Shown: positions 1-9,813, counted from the first letter of the stretch. The stretch: DNA of 64,000 nt from Gammaproteobacteria bacterium (GCA_047611805.1 JBLFWX010000017.1:3703-67702); one strand, 5' to 3'. Translations and numbers: made by a program. Notes: generated from the letters alone by a model not told the origin.

Positions 1-650
1 TGCTCGCTGGGCAGGCCAAGTACGCCAGTATTTTTAATTACCCTACGTTGTCCTGGGCTGACGTCGGCGCAATCGGATGGCTAGTCGACGGTGCTGCGAT
101 CGTAAATCAAATTTCATTGTGTCGGACGTCCTACGGACCTTACGCACGCGCAATGGTGCGTATTTGCAAAGAAGAAAGTTTTCACATGCGCCAAGGCTAC
201 GAAATAATGACGGTCTTGGCTCGCGGATCAGAAGAACAAAAAGCGATGGCGCAAGACGCACTCAATCGATGGTGGTGGCCGACGTTGATGATGTTTGGGC
301 CGCATGATGCCGACTCTGCACATTCCGGTAGCTCCATGAAATGGAAAATCAAGCGCCAGAGCAACGACGAATTGCGGCAGAAATTTGTTGATCAAACCGT
401 TGCCCAAGCCGAACACCTACATCTAGAAATTCCCGATCAGCAGCTCAATTGGAACGCTGAACGAGGTCACTACGATTTTGGCGAAATTGATTGGGAAGAA
501 TTCACAGCGGTCCTTAGTGGCGCCGGACCCTGTAATCAAGAACGCATGGACGCTAGACGAAGCGCCAATGAGGAAGGTGATTGGGTGCGTGACGCAATGC
601 TAGCTCATGCTGAAAAACAACGCCGCCGTGCAGACCAGATATCCGTATGA
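1..650 (+). CDS. paaA: 1,2-phenylacetyl-CoA epoxidase subunit A; the 5' end lies outside the window
   Basis: The frame is open from the window edge and continues ORF 48..650. The peptide ...[31 protein letters not shown]...[15 protein letters not shown] is the ferritin-like di-iron PaaA core. It is followed by paaB-C-D-E in canonical order. Confidence 0.9.
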   Translation, partial: LAGQAKYASIFNYPTLSWADVGAIGWLVDGAAIVNQISLCRTSYGPYARAMVRICKEESFHMRQGYEIMTVLARGSEEQKAMAQDALNRWWWPTLMMFGPHDADSAHSGSSMKWKIKRQSNDELRQKFVDQTVAQAEHLHLEIPDQQLNWNAERGHYDFGEIDWEEFTAVLSGAGPCNQERMDARRSANEEGDWVRDAMLAHAEKQRRRADQISV

Positions 651-660
651 GTCGTAGTCA

Positions 661-942
661 ATGAAAAAGCATCTACCGTTATGGGAAGTATTTTTGCGCT
701 CGCGCCGTGGTCTCGAGCATAAACATGTCGGCAGCTTGCACGCAGCTGATCCTGAGCAAGCGATGCAATATGCGCGCGACGTGTATACCCGACGGTTGGA
801 AGGTTGCAGCATCTGGGTTGTACTCGCGAACGATATTCATGCCAGCCAAGAAGCCGAAGGCGAGGCATTTTTCGACCCTGCGGAAGACAAAGTCTATCGC
901 CACGCCTCGTTCTACGACGTTCCGGAACACCTCAAGCTGTGA
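661..942 (+). CDS. paaB: 1,2-phenylacetyl-CoA epoxidase subunit B
   Basis: A 93-aa ORF, MKKHLPLWEVFLRSRRGLEHKHVGSLHAAD...FYDVPEHLKL, with typical PaaB size and sequence, placed between paaA and paaC. Confidence 0.9.
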   Translation: MKKHLPLWEVFLRSRRGLEHKHVGSLHAADPEQAMQYARDVYTRRLEGCSIWVVLANDIHASQEAEGEAFFDPAEDKVYRHASFYDVPEHLKL

Positions 943-1715
943 AAAATTCAGCGTGTTTGCCGGAAGACTCATGGCACTTTGAGTACGTACTGCGTCTCGG
1001 CGACAACGCGCTGATATTAGGGCAACGGATTTCCGAATGGTGCGGCCACAGTCCATTCGTTGAAGAAGACGTCGCGATGGCAAATACCGCTCTCGATCAC
1101 ATCGGTCGCGCTCGAATGTTACTAACCCACGCGGCAAATCTACAAGGCCTTGAGCAAACAGAAGATGACCTCGCCTATTTCCGAAACGAGCGGGAGTTTA
1201 TGAATTTTCTGTTGTGTGAGCTTCCGATTGGCGATTTTGCGTTCACGATTGTCCGTCAAGTGTTATTGGATACGTATCATTTCCATCTTTACGCGGCGCT
1301 ACAAGAATCGTCTGATGAAACCTTAGCCGCCATCGCCGCTAAAGTGGTCAAAGAAAGTACGTATCATTTGCGACACTCATCCGAGTGGTTGATCCGTCTT
1401 GGTGATGGCACCGAGGAGAGCCAACGGCGCGCCCAACTCGCACTAGACAATCAATGGCGATTTACTAGCGAATTCTTTCTGGCCGACGACGTGGATGACT
1501 TAGCGCATCAAGCCGGTGTCGGGGTTGACCTATCTATCCTGGAAAAACTTTGGCGAGATAACGTCAACGATATCTTGACCTCTGCGTGCCTGTTACGGCC
1601 AGACGACGCGCCGTTGCGCGCTAGTGGTCGAATGGGATTGCATACTGAACACATGGGGTTTTTGTTGGCCGAAATGCAATCCGTGCAACGTGCTTATCCC
1701 GGACTCAACTGGTAA
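939..1715 (+). CDS. paaC: 1,2-phenylacetyl-CoA epoxidase subunit C
   Basis: The ORF-track frame 804..1715 overlaps paaB. A GTG at 939 forms a GTGA overlap with the paaB stop. The peptide ...YVLRLGDNALILGQRISEWCGHSPFVEEDVAMANTALDHIGRARMLL is PaaC-like. Confidence 0.85.
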   Translation: MKNSACLPEDSWHFEYVLRLGDNALILGQRISEWCGHSPFVEEDVAMANTALDHIGRARMLLTHAANLQGLEQTEDDLAYFRNEREFMNFLLCELPIGDFAFTIVRQVLLDTYHFHLYAALQESSDETLAAIAAKVVKESTYHLRHSSEWLIRLGDGTEESQRRAQLALDNQWRFTSEFFLADDVDDLAHQAGVGVDLSILEKLWRDNVNDILTSACLLRPDDAPLRASGRMGLHTEHMGFLLAEMQSVQRAYPGLNW

Positions 1716-1721
1716 GCCACT

Positions 1722-2228
1722 GTGATCGATGCACCGAGGCTGGCGACCATCGACGAGGTGCGAGTGCTATTAGAGGAGGTGCATGATCCGGAAATCCCCA
1801 ACCTAACGATTGCGGATCTCGGTATTCTGCGTGAGGTCTTCGAGCACGACGGTCATTTTGTGGTTGTGATCACGCCAACCTACAGCGGGTGTCCCGCGAT
1901 GCAGACTATCGAAGATGATATCGGCATCGCGTTAGCGAACGCCGGGATCGACAATCATCGGATCGAGACACGCCTCGCGCCTGCGTGGACAACGGATTGG
2001 TTGAGTGACGCGGGGCGCAAGAAGTTGCTGGAAGTGGGGATTGCACCACCTGCTGAGGCAACATCCGACAAGCGTAAAATCCGCCTAACCAGCTCGCTTA
2101 TTATCCAGTGCCCACAATGCCAATCGTCGAACACGGAGCGCATCAGTGAATTTGGTTCAACCGCCTGTAAGGCGCTTTATCGATGTATCGATTGCCGTGA
2201 GCCATTCGATTACTTCAAGTGCATCTAG
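1722..2228 (+). CDS. paaD: phenylacetate-CoA oxygenase subunit PaaD (PaaJ), DUF59-like domain plus C-terminal Cys4 ribbon
   Basis: 168 aa. It has VHDPEIPNLTIADLGILREV, TPTYSGCPAM, and a C-terminal CPQC...CIDC. It occupies the fourth position of the paa oxygenase operon. Confidence 0.85.
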   Translation: MIDAPRLATIDEVRVLLEEVHDPEIPNLTIADLGILREVFEHDGHFVVVITPTYSGCPAMQTIEDDIGIALANAGIDNHRIETRLAPAWTTDWLSDAGRKKLLEVGIAPPAEATSDKRKIRLTSSLIIQCPQCQSSNTERISEFGSTACKALYRCIDCREPFDYFKCI

Positions 2229-2261
2229 CAAGTAGCCGACACCTCGACTAGTCAAAAATCA

Positions 2262-3350
2262 ATGACCGAATTTCAACAACTAACAGTCGCCTCCGTAGAC
2301 AAAGAAACGGACGACGCACTGTGCGTGAGTTTCGTGCTGTCCGCATCCCAACAAGCCGCATTTCGATTCTCGCACGGACAGTATCTAACTTTTAAAGCCA
2401 TTATCAATGGCGAAGAAGTACGTCGCTCCTATTCCATTTGTGCGGGTGTCGACGACGAGGAACTAAGAGTCGCAATAAAACACGTTCCTGGTGGCGTCTT
2501 TTCCAGCTACGCGATTGAATCGATCAATGCCGGCACGGTACTTGATGTGCTGCCGCCGTCCGGGACGTTCACGTGCGACTTGCATCCAGATAATGAGAAG
2601 CAGTATCTATGCGTCGCTGCAGGAAGCGGCATCACTCCGATCATATCGATCGTCAAATCGATTCTGTCCCGTGAACCAAAGAGCCAAGTGACTTTGCTTT
2701 ATGGTAATCAACGAGTCGCGAGCATCATGTTTCGTGAAGAGTTGGAACGCTTGAAGAACCGTTACATGTCGCGCTTCCAATTAATTCATATTCTGAGTCG
2801 CGAATCGCGTGACACCGAAATACTGAACGGTCGGATCGACAATAAAAAGGGCGCAGAACTCGCGAAGCATCTACTCGATATTCCAGGCACGGACGAGTTT
2901 TTTTTATGCGGGCCAGAAGGCATGATCTCCGAGGTGTCGCGTGGCTTGCGTGCCGCTGGAATCGATGAAGCCCGGATCCACTATGAATTGTTCGGTCGCT
3001 CGGCGGATGACGCTGCAGCAGTCGTTGAAAAGCACCATGCAAGGGCGCGACGCCTCGGTGGTAAAACGTGTCTTGTTACGGTGAAATCTGACGGGCGCGA
3101 GACTCAATTCGAATTGAGTGCGGACGGGGAGAATATTCTTGATGCCGCAATGAATGCCGGTCTCGATTTGCCCTACGCCTGTAAGGGCGGCGTGTGCGCC
3201 ACGTGCAAAGCGAAGCTCGAGTCCGGTCAAGTCGAGATGGATTTAAATCATGCTTTAGAAGCCGACGAATTGGCATCAGGCTATGTACTTAGCTGCCAAG
3301 CGCACCCGGTCAGTGACACGGTCGTGATCAATTTCGACCTTGCAAGGTAG
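2262..3350 (+). CDS. paaE: phenylacetyl-CoA epoxidase reductase subunit (FAD/NAD(P)-binding plus plant-type 2Fe-2S)
   Basis: 362 aa. RRSYSIC flavin motif, AAGSGITPI NAD motif, and a C-terminal ferredoxin with CKGGVCATCKAKL...SC. Confidence 0.9.
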   Translation: MTEFQQLTVASVDKETDDALCVSFVLSASQQAAFRFSHGQYLTFKAIINGEEVRRSYSICAGVDDEELRVAIKHVPGGVFSSYAIESINAGTVLDVLPPSGTFTCDLHPDNEKQYLCVAAGSGITPIISIVKSILSREPKSQVTLLYGNQRVASIMFREELERLKNRYMSRFQLIHILSRESRDTEILNGRIDNKKGAELAKHLLDIPGTDEFFLCGPEGMISEVSRGLRAAGIDEARIHYELFGRSADDAAAVVEKHHARARRLGGKTCLVTVKSDGRETQFELSADGENILDAAMNAGLDLPYACKGGVCATCKAKLESGQVEMDLNHALEADELASGYVLSCQAHPVSDTVVINFDLAR

Positions 3351-3398
3351 ACGAAACTGGCGCGCCTAGAGTCAATCGACCAAGTACTCGCCAAAGTC

Positions 3399-4301
3399 TT
3401 GGACTCCAATCCGCCACGTGCGGGTTCTCTTATCGTTACTGTTTTCGGTGACTCAATATCACAGCACGGCGACGCCGTTTGGCTCGGCAGCCTGATCAAG
3501 GCCTTGGAGCCGATCGGACTGAATTCGCGACAAATTCGAACCGCTGTTTTTCGGCTCGTGAAAGAGGATTGGTTATCGTGCGTAAAAGTAGGTCGACGAA
3601 GCTATTATTCATTCACGGAGTTTGGCTTTCGTCAGTACGCGAAGTCCGCGCGACGCATATACGCTAGCCAACCGATCGATTGGGATGGGCATTGGACTTT
3701 GGTGATGCCTGTATTCGCCAGTAGCGAATTGCGCGAGGAACTAAAACGGGAATTGAGTTGGCTAGGTTTTGGCGCAATGATGAGTGGTGTGATGGCGCAT
3801 CCGTGTGCGGATCAAAAATCATTGACTGAGACTTTAGCCGGACTCAAGGCTGCGGATCAAACCGTCGTGTGGCGAGCTGCTTCGCAAGAAATCGGTTTCG
3901 ACCACGTGCTAAAACGGCTGACCCGCGAATCCTGGTATCTCGCGGAATTAGATCTTCGTCTCAAAGCGTTCGTCGAACACTTCCGTCCTTCGCTAACGGC
4001 GCTCGAAAGCGTCTCCGAGCTAGATGTTGCGCAAATGTTTGAGCTGCAGACGCTGCTTGTGCACGAGTATCGGAGGATCATTCTCAAAACGACCGATTTG
4101 CCCAGCGAACTGCTGCCGACGAATTGGTCTGGAAGCGTCGCGGTCGATCTCACTGCTCGCCTCTATGATCGGATCTGCGAGGCTAGCGCGGATTATTTGG
4201 AAACGGTTTTCGAGGGTCCCGATGGCTTACTCGAGAAAGCGGTGCCAACGTATTACGAGCGGTTTCGCGCAGCAGCTAATGCGCCAGACGGCGGGATCTA
4301 G
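3399..4301 (+). CDS. paaX: phenylacetic acid degradation operon negative regulator PaaX
   Basis: 300 aa. The N-terminal winged-helix region GSLIVTVFGDSI...WLGSLIKALEPIGLNSRQIRTAVFRLVKEDWL is typical of PaaX, and the gene lies directly after paaE. Confidence 0.8.
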   Translation: MDSNPPRAGSLIVTVFGDSISQHGDAVWLGSLIKALEPIGLNSRQIRTAVFRLVKEDWLSCVKVGRRSYYSFTEFGFRQYAKSARRIYASQPIDWDGHWTLVMPVFASSELREELKRELSWLGFGAMMSGVMAHPCADQKSLTETLAGLKAADQTVVWRAASQEIGFDHVLKRLTRESWYLAELDLRLKAFVEHFRPSLTALESVSELDVAQMFELQTLLVHEYRRIILKTTDLPSELLPTNWSGSVAVDLTARLYDRICEASADYLETVFEGPDGLLEKAVPTYYERFRAAANAPDGGI

Positions 4302-4579
4302 CCGCCGGCGATACCGACTAAAAACGCGATCGTTTCACCGTCTTCCAAAGTATCATCGATGAAAATCCGTTTCCCTTTGGAATCGACGTACATTGTGCCG
4401 TTGGCATTCAGATCATTGGTTCGCGGATCGATCAACAAGGCCTTCATCTTCGCACCGTATTTTTCGGTAATTTTCGTTGCGAGCTCAGACACCAAGGGCT
4501 CGTCCAACTCGAACGTATCTCCGGCTAAGCCCGTGATTTCCTTGAAGTGCGAATGGTATTCCGTATTGACCGTAATCAC
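4298..4579 (-). CDS. MoaD/ThiS-family beta-grasp protein with C-terminal Gly-Gly
   Basis: 93 aa ending ...TIAFLVGIAGG. It lies immediately downstream of the AOR gene with a 4-nt gap. Its size and GG terminus fit a sulfur-carrier or cofactor-maturation protein. Confidence 0.6.
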   Translation of the reverse strand: MITVNTEYHSHFKEITGLAGDTFELDEPLVSELATKITEKYGAKMKALLIDPRTNDLNANGTMYVDSKGKRIFIDDTLEDGETIAFLVGIAGG

Positions 4580-4583
4580 TCAG

Positions 4584-6548
4584 TTAACCTCGTGCCAGCG
4601 CCCCGTCAGCTTCCAGAACGTCGGCCACGTCACCGAGATCAAGTTCTTCGAGTTTCGCCCGCGTTTGTAGTCCGGAGCGCACGTCCCAACCACGCCATTG
4701 ATAGTATTCGTCCAACACGGGTTCGAACATATCGGCCGCGACTTTGCCTGGGTATTGGCCTTCTGGGCAGGGTTCCCACATCCAACGCTCGCAAACAGTA
4801 TCGTGCTCGCGACGCATACCGACTCGCGAATTAAACGCTTTTTCGAGATTGCAAATTCGTTCCCCATCACGCATGAGCGTTTCTGAATCATGCTCAACAC
4901 CGGTAATTGAGCGGTACGCCTCGCCGTAATAGCTCTCGGGCATGTAGCCGGCGGGATCGAGCATCCAATGGAACATGCACACGCCGTACGAGTTCAATAG
5001 CGCGACTTGATTTTCAATGATCGCGGTCGACGCACCTTTGTAAGTTGGAACCGACAGATCGGCGGCTTCGGGTCCGCCGAAATAAATTTGCGATAGGTCA
5101 CGGCGTTGAAATTTCTCGATTAAGCCGAGTCCTTTTAGGTGATCGGCGCCGCGCGAGGCAACGGCCATATTATTCATCCAAGTCGGGAAGGGTCGCATTT
5201 CTTCAGTAAAGCTCGCGCCGCCTTTGCCATACATCGCGTACTTCATGAAGTTCTGGCCCATCATTTCGGAGTAGCGCAAAGCGCCTTTGTAAGGCCCGTC
5301 GCCGAACACTTTGCCGAACGCATTAGATTGATAAACGATACTTTCGACTAACGCTTCAATATCATCCATGTTGCCCCATTCGAGGCTTTGACTGTGGCCG
5401 AATAAATTTGCCACATCGTCGTCCGTAATGAGGCCGTGTTGCTTTATTTCCATCAAGAAGCTAATCGAGCAACTTAGATCTTGGTTATCGATGCCGTAGT
5501 CGTTCGTGATCTTGCCCCAATGCGCGACTTCGGCCCAGTCGCGTACGTCGAGCGCGCCAGCAGCACTGCCCGTCGTTAAATACTCAGGTCGACGGAATGT
5601 CTCGCCAACGTATTTCTTGGCGGCTTCCGATTCCGTGCCGTCGATTTTGTATTTCGCATCACAGGCAATGAAACAATCGGAAGAACACACCTCAGAATAC
5701 TTATGGAAACGTTTTACCCAATTGTCGGATGTGATCCCGTCGCCACGAAATTTGTTGCCTTGGTTGTTGCGCCAAAAATGACTGCCAATATGTTGATACA
5801 TCTCAACTGCGCCTAAGGTGCCGCGTCGCTTGAAGCCATAGACGGCTTCATTGGCGTCCAAACTTTGGCGGAACTCGTCCGACCATTTCATAATGCCTTC
5901 TGGTCGCTTGACCTTAATTCCACCGCTACCTTGTACCGCGATCGCTTTAAGATTCTTCGAGCCGAGTACCGCACCACCGCCGCAACGGGCGTGGATACGC
6001 AACGCGTCTGAGACAACCCCGGCAATGCCAACTAGATTTTCGCCCGCTTGGCCGATCGACAGCGTATGTGTTTTAGACGGGTAGTCACCTAGGTCGCGTT
6101 GGAGTATTTCATGGGTTTCTTTCGTGTCTTTACCCCACAAGTGGCTCGCGTCGTGTAGCGATACTTCGTCGTTGCAGATGTGCAAGTAAACTGGTTTCGG
6201 CGCTTTGCCAGTAATGGCAATGTATTCGTAGCCGCTGAAGCGCACCATATACGGAAATTTCCCGCCGCCGGCCGAATCGCCGAACATGTCATAGCACGGA
6301 CTCTTAAAGGTGATCCGTCCTTTAATGCCGCTACCCGCACCTGATCCCGCGAGCGGACCTACGCCGAACACGAAAATATTATCCGGGCTGCGCGGATCGC
6401 AATTAATGTCGTGGGTGAGGAAGTGCTCCCACATGATCCAATTGTTGATGCCCGAACCACCGACCCATTTTTCGAACACTTCGTGGCCGATGATCTCACT
6501 TTTAAGTTCGCCGGTTGTTAAGTCGACTCGTAAGAGATTGCTTTCCAT
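4584..6548 (-). CDS. aldehyde:ferredoxin oxidoreductase family enzyme (tungsto/molybdo-bis-pyranopterin, AOR type)
   Basis: 654 aa. The N-terminus LLRVDLTTGELKSEIIGHEVFEKWVGGSGINNWIMW looks like the AFOR_N domain. Length and overall sequence fit the AOR family, and a poly-ferredoxin gene sits next to it. Confidence 0.85.
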   Translation of the reverse strand: MESNLLRVDLTTGELKSEIIGHEVFEKWVGGSGINNWIMWEHFLTHDINCDPRSPDNIFVFGVGPLAGSGAGSGIKGRITFKSPCYDMFGDSAGGGKFPYMVRFSGYEYIAITGKAPKPVYLHICNDEVSLHDASHLWGKDTKETHEILQRDLGDYPSKTHTLSIGQAGENLVGIAGVVSDALRIHARCGGGAVLGSKNLKAIAVQGSGGIKVKRPEGIMKWSDEFRQSLDANEAVYGFKRRGTLGAVEMYQHIGSHFWRNNQGNKFRGDGITSDNWVKRFHKYSEVCSSDCFIACDAKYKIDGTESEAAKKYVGETFRRPEYLTTGSAAGALDVRDWAEVAHWGKITNDYGIDNQDLSCSISFLMEIKQHGLITDDDVANLFGHSQSLEWGNMDDIEALVESIVYQSNAFGKVFGDGPYKGALRYSEMMGQNFMKYAMYGKGGASFTEEMRPFPTWMNNMAVASRGADHLKGLGLIEKFQRRDLSQIYFGGPEAADLSVPTYKGASTAIIENQVALLNSYGVCMFHWMLDPAGYMPESYYGEAYRSITGVEHDSETLMRDGERICNLEKAFNSRVGMRREHDTVCERWMWEPCPEGQYPGKVAADMFEPVLDEYYQWRGWDVRSGLQTRAKLEELDLGDVADVLEADGALARG

Positions 6549-6567
6549 GTGCTTCGTTCCTCTGGGT

Positions 6568-7230
6568 TTAAGCGCCGGAGCTGATTTCGCCGCGCTCTAA
6601 CATTGCTTGCATCATTCCGACTTCGTCGCGTGCAACGGGCTCTTCGCGTGAGAGTCGGTTGAAGTCGGGTTGTTCTTCGTAAAACAGTACCGGCATACGA
6701 TTGTATTGTTTGCCGACATTCAGTAGCTCAGGGCGGGTGGAACACGCTTTGACGCACACCGGGTCGCCACCGCATAAATCACACTTAAGTAATTCGCCGC
6801 TCGGTGCGACGAAAACCACGTCAAACGGACACCCCGGAACGCATTCCATGCATTGAATGCAATTATCTTGATCAATCACGGCCGCTTGCGTCTTAGGATC
6901 GTAGTAGAACGCGTCCGTCGGACAGACTTCTGCGCACGGCGGTGGATTACCGCAGTGATGGCAAATGTCGGCGATGAAACCCAATCCGGCCGGGCTGGCT
7001 TTCGTCTGCTTTTCGGGCGCGTGGTTGATCTGGATCCGCGATAGTTGTGGATTGATTTCGCCGTCCGGTGAGTGCACTAACGAGCACGCTACTTCGCAGA
7101 CATTGCAATCCGTGCACTGGTTGCGGAGCGCGAATAGTTTCGTCGCGACGTTAGGGACCTCGTCTCCTGGTTGATACCAGGTCTCGCCAGTGACAAGTTC
7201 TTTTTGCGGTAGGGCGGACATATCGGGCAA
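6568..7230 (-). CDS. 4x[4Fe-4S] ferredoxin-like electron-transfer subunit of the AOR module
   Basis: 220 aa with four cluster motifs: CTDCNVCEVAC, CHHCGNPPPCAEVCP, CIQCMECVPGCP and CDLCGGDPVCVKAC. It is the first gene of the minus-strand AOR operon. Confidence 0.85.
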   Translation of the reverse strand: MPDMSALPQKELVTGETWYQPGDEVPNVATKLFALRNQCTDCNVCEVACSLVHSPDGEINPQLSRIQINHAPEKQTKASPAGLGFIADICHHCGNPPPCAEVCPTDAFYYDPKTQAAVIDQDNCIQCMECVPGCPFDVVFVAPSGELLKCDLCGGDPVCVKACSTRPELLNVGKQYNRMPVLFYEEQPDFNRLSREEPVARDEVGMMQAMLERGEISSGA

Positions 7231-7386
7231 ACCTTTACTATGTCGCTCAGGATCTAATCGGTATGGGGTAGCGATGTCAAGGATAAGCGGCTAATTGTGC
7301 GCATTTTGCTGGCTTGGCGGAATGACGCACGCGCCATAGAATACGACCTGCATTGAGAGACTGCGCGAATAAGTGGAGCGAAGCGA

Positions 7387-7638
7387 ATGAGTGAAAATAC
7401 CCCTCCTGAGGCTCTGGAACACCCGGAGCATGGCCGGATCCCCGCGCGCAAATTGCTGCAGTGCGTTTTCGCGCTATCCCCGGACGGGCCAATACTGCAT
7501 CACCACCTAGAGGAGATGGAGATCCGGCAGGACTCCGGGACGACCATCTATGCATTCAATGGGGGTACGCCGCTCGCAGAACGCAGCCGTTGCCAAATAA
7601 TCCCACCGATGGTCACGAAATTCCCGGTACTGGACTGA
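7387..7638 (+). CDS. hypothetical small protein (83 aa), possibly co-transcribed with the rhodanese-like gene
   Basis: GGAG lies 9 nt upstream of the ATG. The stop is 4 nt before the next start. No recognisable family. Confidence 0.3.
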   Translation: MSENTPPEALEHPEHGRIPARKLLQCVFALSPDGPILHHHLEEMEIRQDSGTTIYAFNGGTPLAERSRCQIIPPMVTKFPVLD

Positions 7639-7642
7639 AGCG

Positions 7643-8065
7643 ATGGAAATCAAAGCCCTGAACGCACTGGAAGCCTTCGCCGCATTAGACTCCGATCCTA
7701 GCGCGACTTACGTCGATGTCCGAGCGGTAGCGGAATTTGCCGTGCGCCACCCTAAGACCAAGAAAATAGTGAACGTGCCCTACGTGTTCTTTCATCCCAC
7801 GACTAAAGAAACTCACGCAAACGATAGTTTCATGTTGGTGATGAATGACGTATTTGCCAAAGACGCACCTATAATTCTCGGCGCCGATGACGGTTCGCGA
7901 GCAGCAGACGCCGCCGCTGCCCTGCAAGCGGATGGGTATACGAACGTCGCGGCGATGTCTGACGGCACCCCAGGTTGGCAAAAATACAATCTTGCGACGA
8001 CCGCCGATAATCGCCCTGGTACCAGTTATGTCTCATTGTTAACCCCCGCTAAGCGTAGAACGTAA
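7643..8065 (+). CDS. rhodanese-homology-domain protein lacking the catalytic cysteine
   Basis: 140 aa with a single RHD-like layout. The active-site loop position reads IILGADDGSRA instead of CxxGxR(S/T). Confidence 0.6.
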   Translation: MEIKALNALEAFAALDSDPSATYVDVRAVAEFAVRHPKTKKIVNVPYVFFHPTTKETHANDSFMLVMNDVFAKDAPIILGADDGSRAADAAAALQADGYTNVAAMSDGTPGWQKYNLATTADNRPGTSYVSLLTPAKRRT

Positions 8066-8134
8066 CGCTTAGAACGCGAGGGTTTACCAATTACTACGAT
8101 AAATCTCTTATAGGCACGGGTAGGGGCGTTTCCA

Positions 8135-9796
8135 ATGAGTGAATGGTTCGAAAAACGCACCTTTGGGCAACTTCCGTCTGACGCGGCCTTACGCTTCGGT
8201 GACGGCGAAGCCCTTGTCTTTAAAGAGCGCCGTTGGACGTGGCGAGAATTCTCAACCGAAGTCGATCGCGCGGCCAAGGCGCTTATCGCGCTTGGGGTCG
8301 AACCTCGTGAAAAGATCGCGCTGTGGATGAACAATAAACCCGAATGGCTGTTCCTGATGTTCGCGGTGGCCAAAGTCGGTGCCGTGTTGGTTCCGCTTAA
8401 TACGCGCTACCGCACCGAAGACATTAACTATGTGGTCACCCAATCGAATACGGGGACGATAATTTCAGATGATCGCTCGGGCCCGGTCGATTATCTCGGT
8501 ATGCTGCGCGACGTCCTGCCGAGTACTGAAAACGACGATCCGAGAGCGCATAGGCTTGATGGGTTTCCCGATCTGCGCCGTATCGTGTTTGTCGGAGGGA
8601 ATAAGCTCCCTGGTACCCTAACGTGGGACGAGACCTTGGCCCTCGGGGCGGATGTTTCGGATGAGGATCTTGAGCTACGCGCCGCAGCCGTCGATCCCGA
8701 TGGGCTTGCCATTATTGGCTATACCTCCGGGACGACCGGCAACCCGAAAGGCGTCATGCATTCGCATATCAACATCCGCAACGCCATGGAGCGTGCCGCA
8801 ATTCTCGGTATCTCTTTCACAGACACCGAAATCAATTATCTGCCGATGTTCCACCTCTACGGTCTTGGCGAGGTCGCGTTGATCTGCGTCGTAACCGGTG
8901 CGAAGCAAATCCTCATGGAAGCTTTCGACGCCGAGGAAGCTTTACGCCTGATTGAAACAGAAAAAGTGACGATCGCGCATGGCTTTGATACTCATTGGAA
9001 GGATTTGCTCGACCGTCAAGCGAACGCCCCTCGCGACGTCAGTTCTCTGCGCCTCGGCACTCTACCGTCTGGAAATGACGCGACGATCCCGATCGCCGAG
9101 CGCGTGCAGGACGTGTTCTGTCCTACTGTTTCCGGATTCGGGATGACAGAAATTTGGGCGTACGTGTCCGTCTCGTTTCCAAGTGACACGCGCGAGCAAC
9201 GGATCTACGCGTCCGGAATGCCGATGAATGGCGTCGAATTTCGGATCGGCCATCCCGAGACGGCGGTCCAACTCCCCATTGGTGAAGCCGGGCAATTGAT
9301 GGTCAAAGGTTATACCGTGATGAAAGGGTACTACGATCAACCTGACGCCACGGCCGAGTGTTTTACCAGTGACGGTTGGTTCCTCACAGGCGACATCGCG
9401 AAACTTCGGGAAGACGGCCGTTTTGTTTTTCTTGGTCGTTACAAAGATATGCTAAAGGTCGGTGGGGAGAATGTGTCGCCGGCGGAAATCGAAGCGCGAC
9501 TCATGGTGCTCGACGGCGTGAGTGCGGTCGCGATTGTGAGTTATCCCGATCCGCGATTATTTGAGGTGGCGCTCGCCTATGTGATCCGCACGGCCGACAG
9601 CGAGATCGGCGAACAAGATATATTGCGTGCATTACGCGGCAATGTCGCAAGTTTTAAGATCCCCCGGCACGTATTGTTTGTCGACGAGTTTCCGATGACG
9701 CCATCCGGAAAGGTTCAAAAAGTTAAACTTCGTGCGAGCGCAATCGAGGCATTGGGCCAGGCATTGGACGATCCCAGTGCCGCGCAAACGTCCTAA
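8135..9796 (+). CDS. AMP-dependent acyl-CoA synthetase/ligase
   Basis: 553 aa. AMP-binding signature GYTSGTTGNPKGVMHSH, plus later GWFLTGD and a C-terminal PSGKVQK. Confidence 0.85.
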   Translation: MSEWFEKRTFGQLPSDAALRFGDGEALVFKERRWTWREFSTEVDRAAKALIALGVEPREKIALWMNNKPEWLFLMFAVAKVGAVLVPLNTRYRTEDINYVVTQSNTGTIISDDRSGPVDYLGMLRDVLPSTENDDPRAHRLDGFPDLRRIVFVGGNKLPGTLTWDETLALGADVSDEDLELRAAAVDPDGLAIIGYTSGTTGNPKGVMHSHINIRNAMERAAILGISFTDTEINYLPMFHLYGLGEVALICVVTGAKQILMEAFDAEEALRLIETEKVTIAHGFDTHWKDLLDRQANAPRDVSSLRLGTLPSGNDATIPIAERVQDVFCPTVSGFGMTEIWAYVSVSFPSDTREQRIYASGMPMNGVEFRIGHPETAVQLPIGEAGQLMVKGYTVMKGYYDQPDATAECFTSDGWFLTGDIAKLREDGRFVFLGRYKDMLKVGGENVSPAEIEARLMVLDGVSAVAIVSYPDPRLFEVALAYVIRTADSEIGEQDILRALRGNVASFKIPRHVLFVDEFPMTPSGKVQKVKLRASAIEALGQALDDPSAAQTS

Positions 9797-9813
9797 CACA
9801 GGCGCACACGAAC

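Noticed and set aside
7231-7642. A search for a sigma-54 or other recognisable promoter or operator in the divergent region between the AOR operon and the rhodanese-like gene.
   Set aside because: No TGGCAC-N5-TTGC-like element or clear palindrome was found on either strand.
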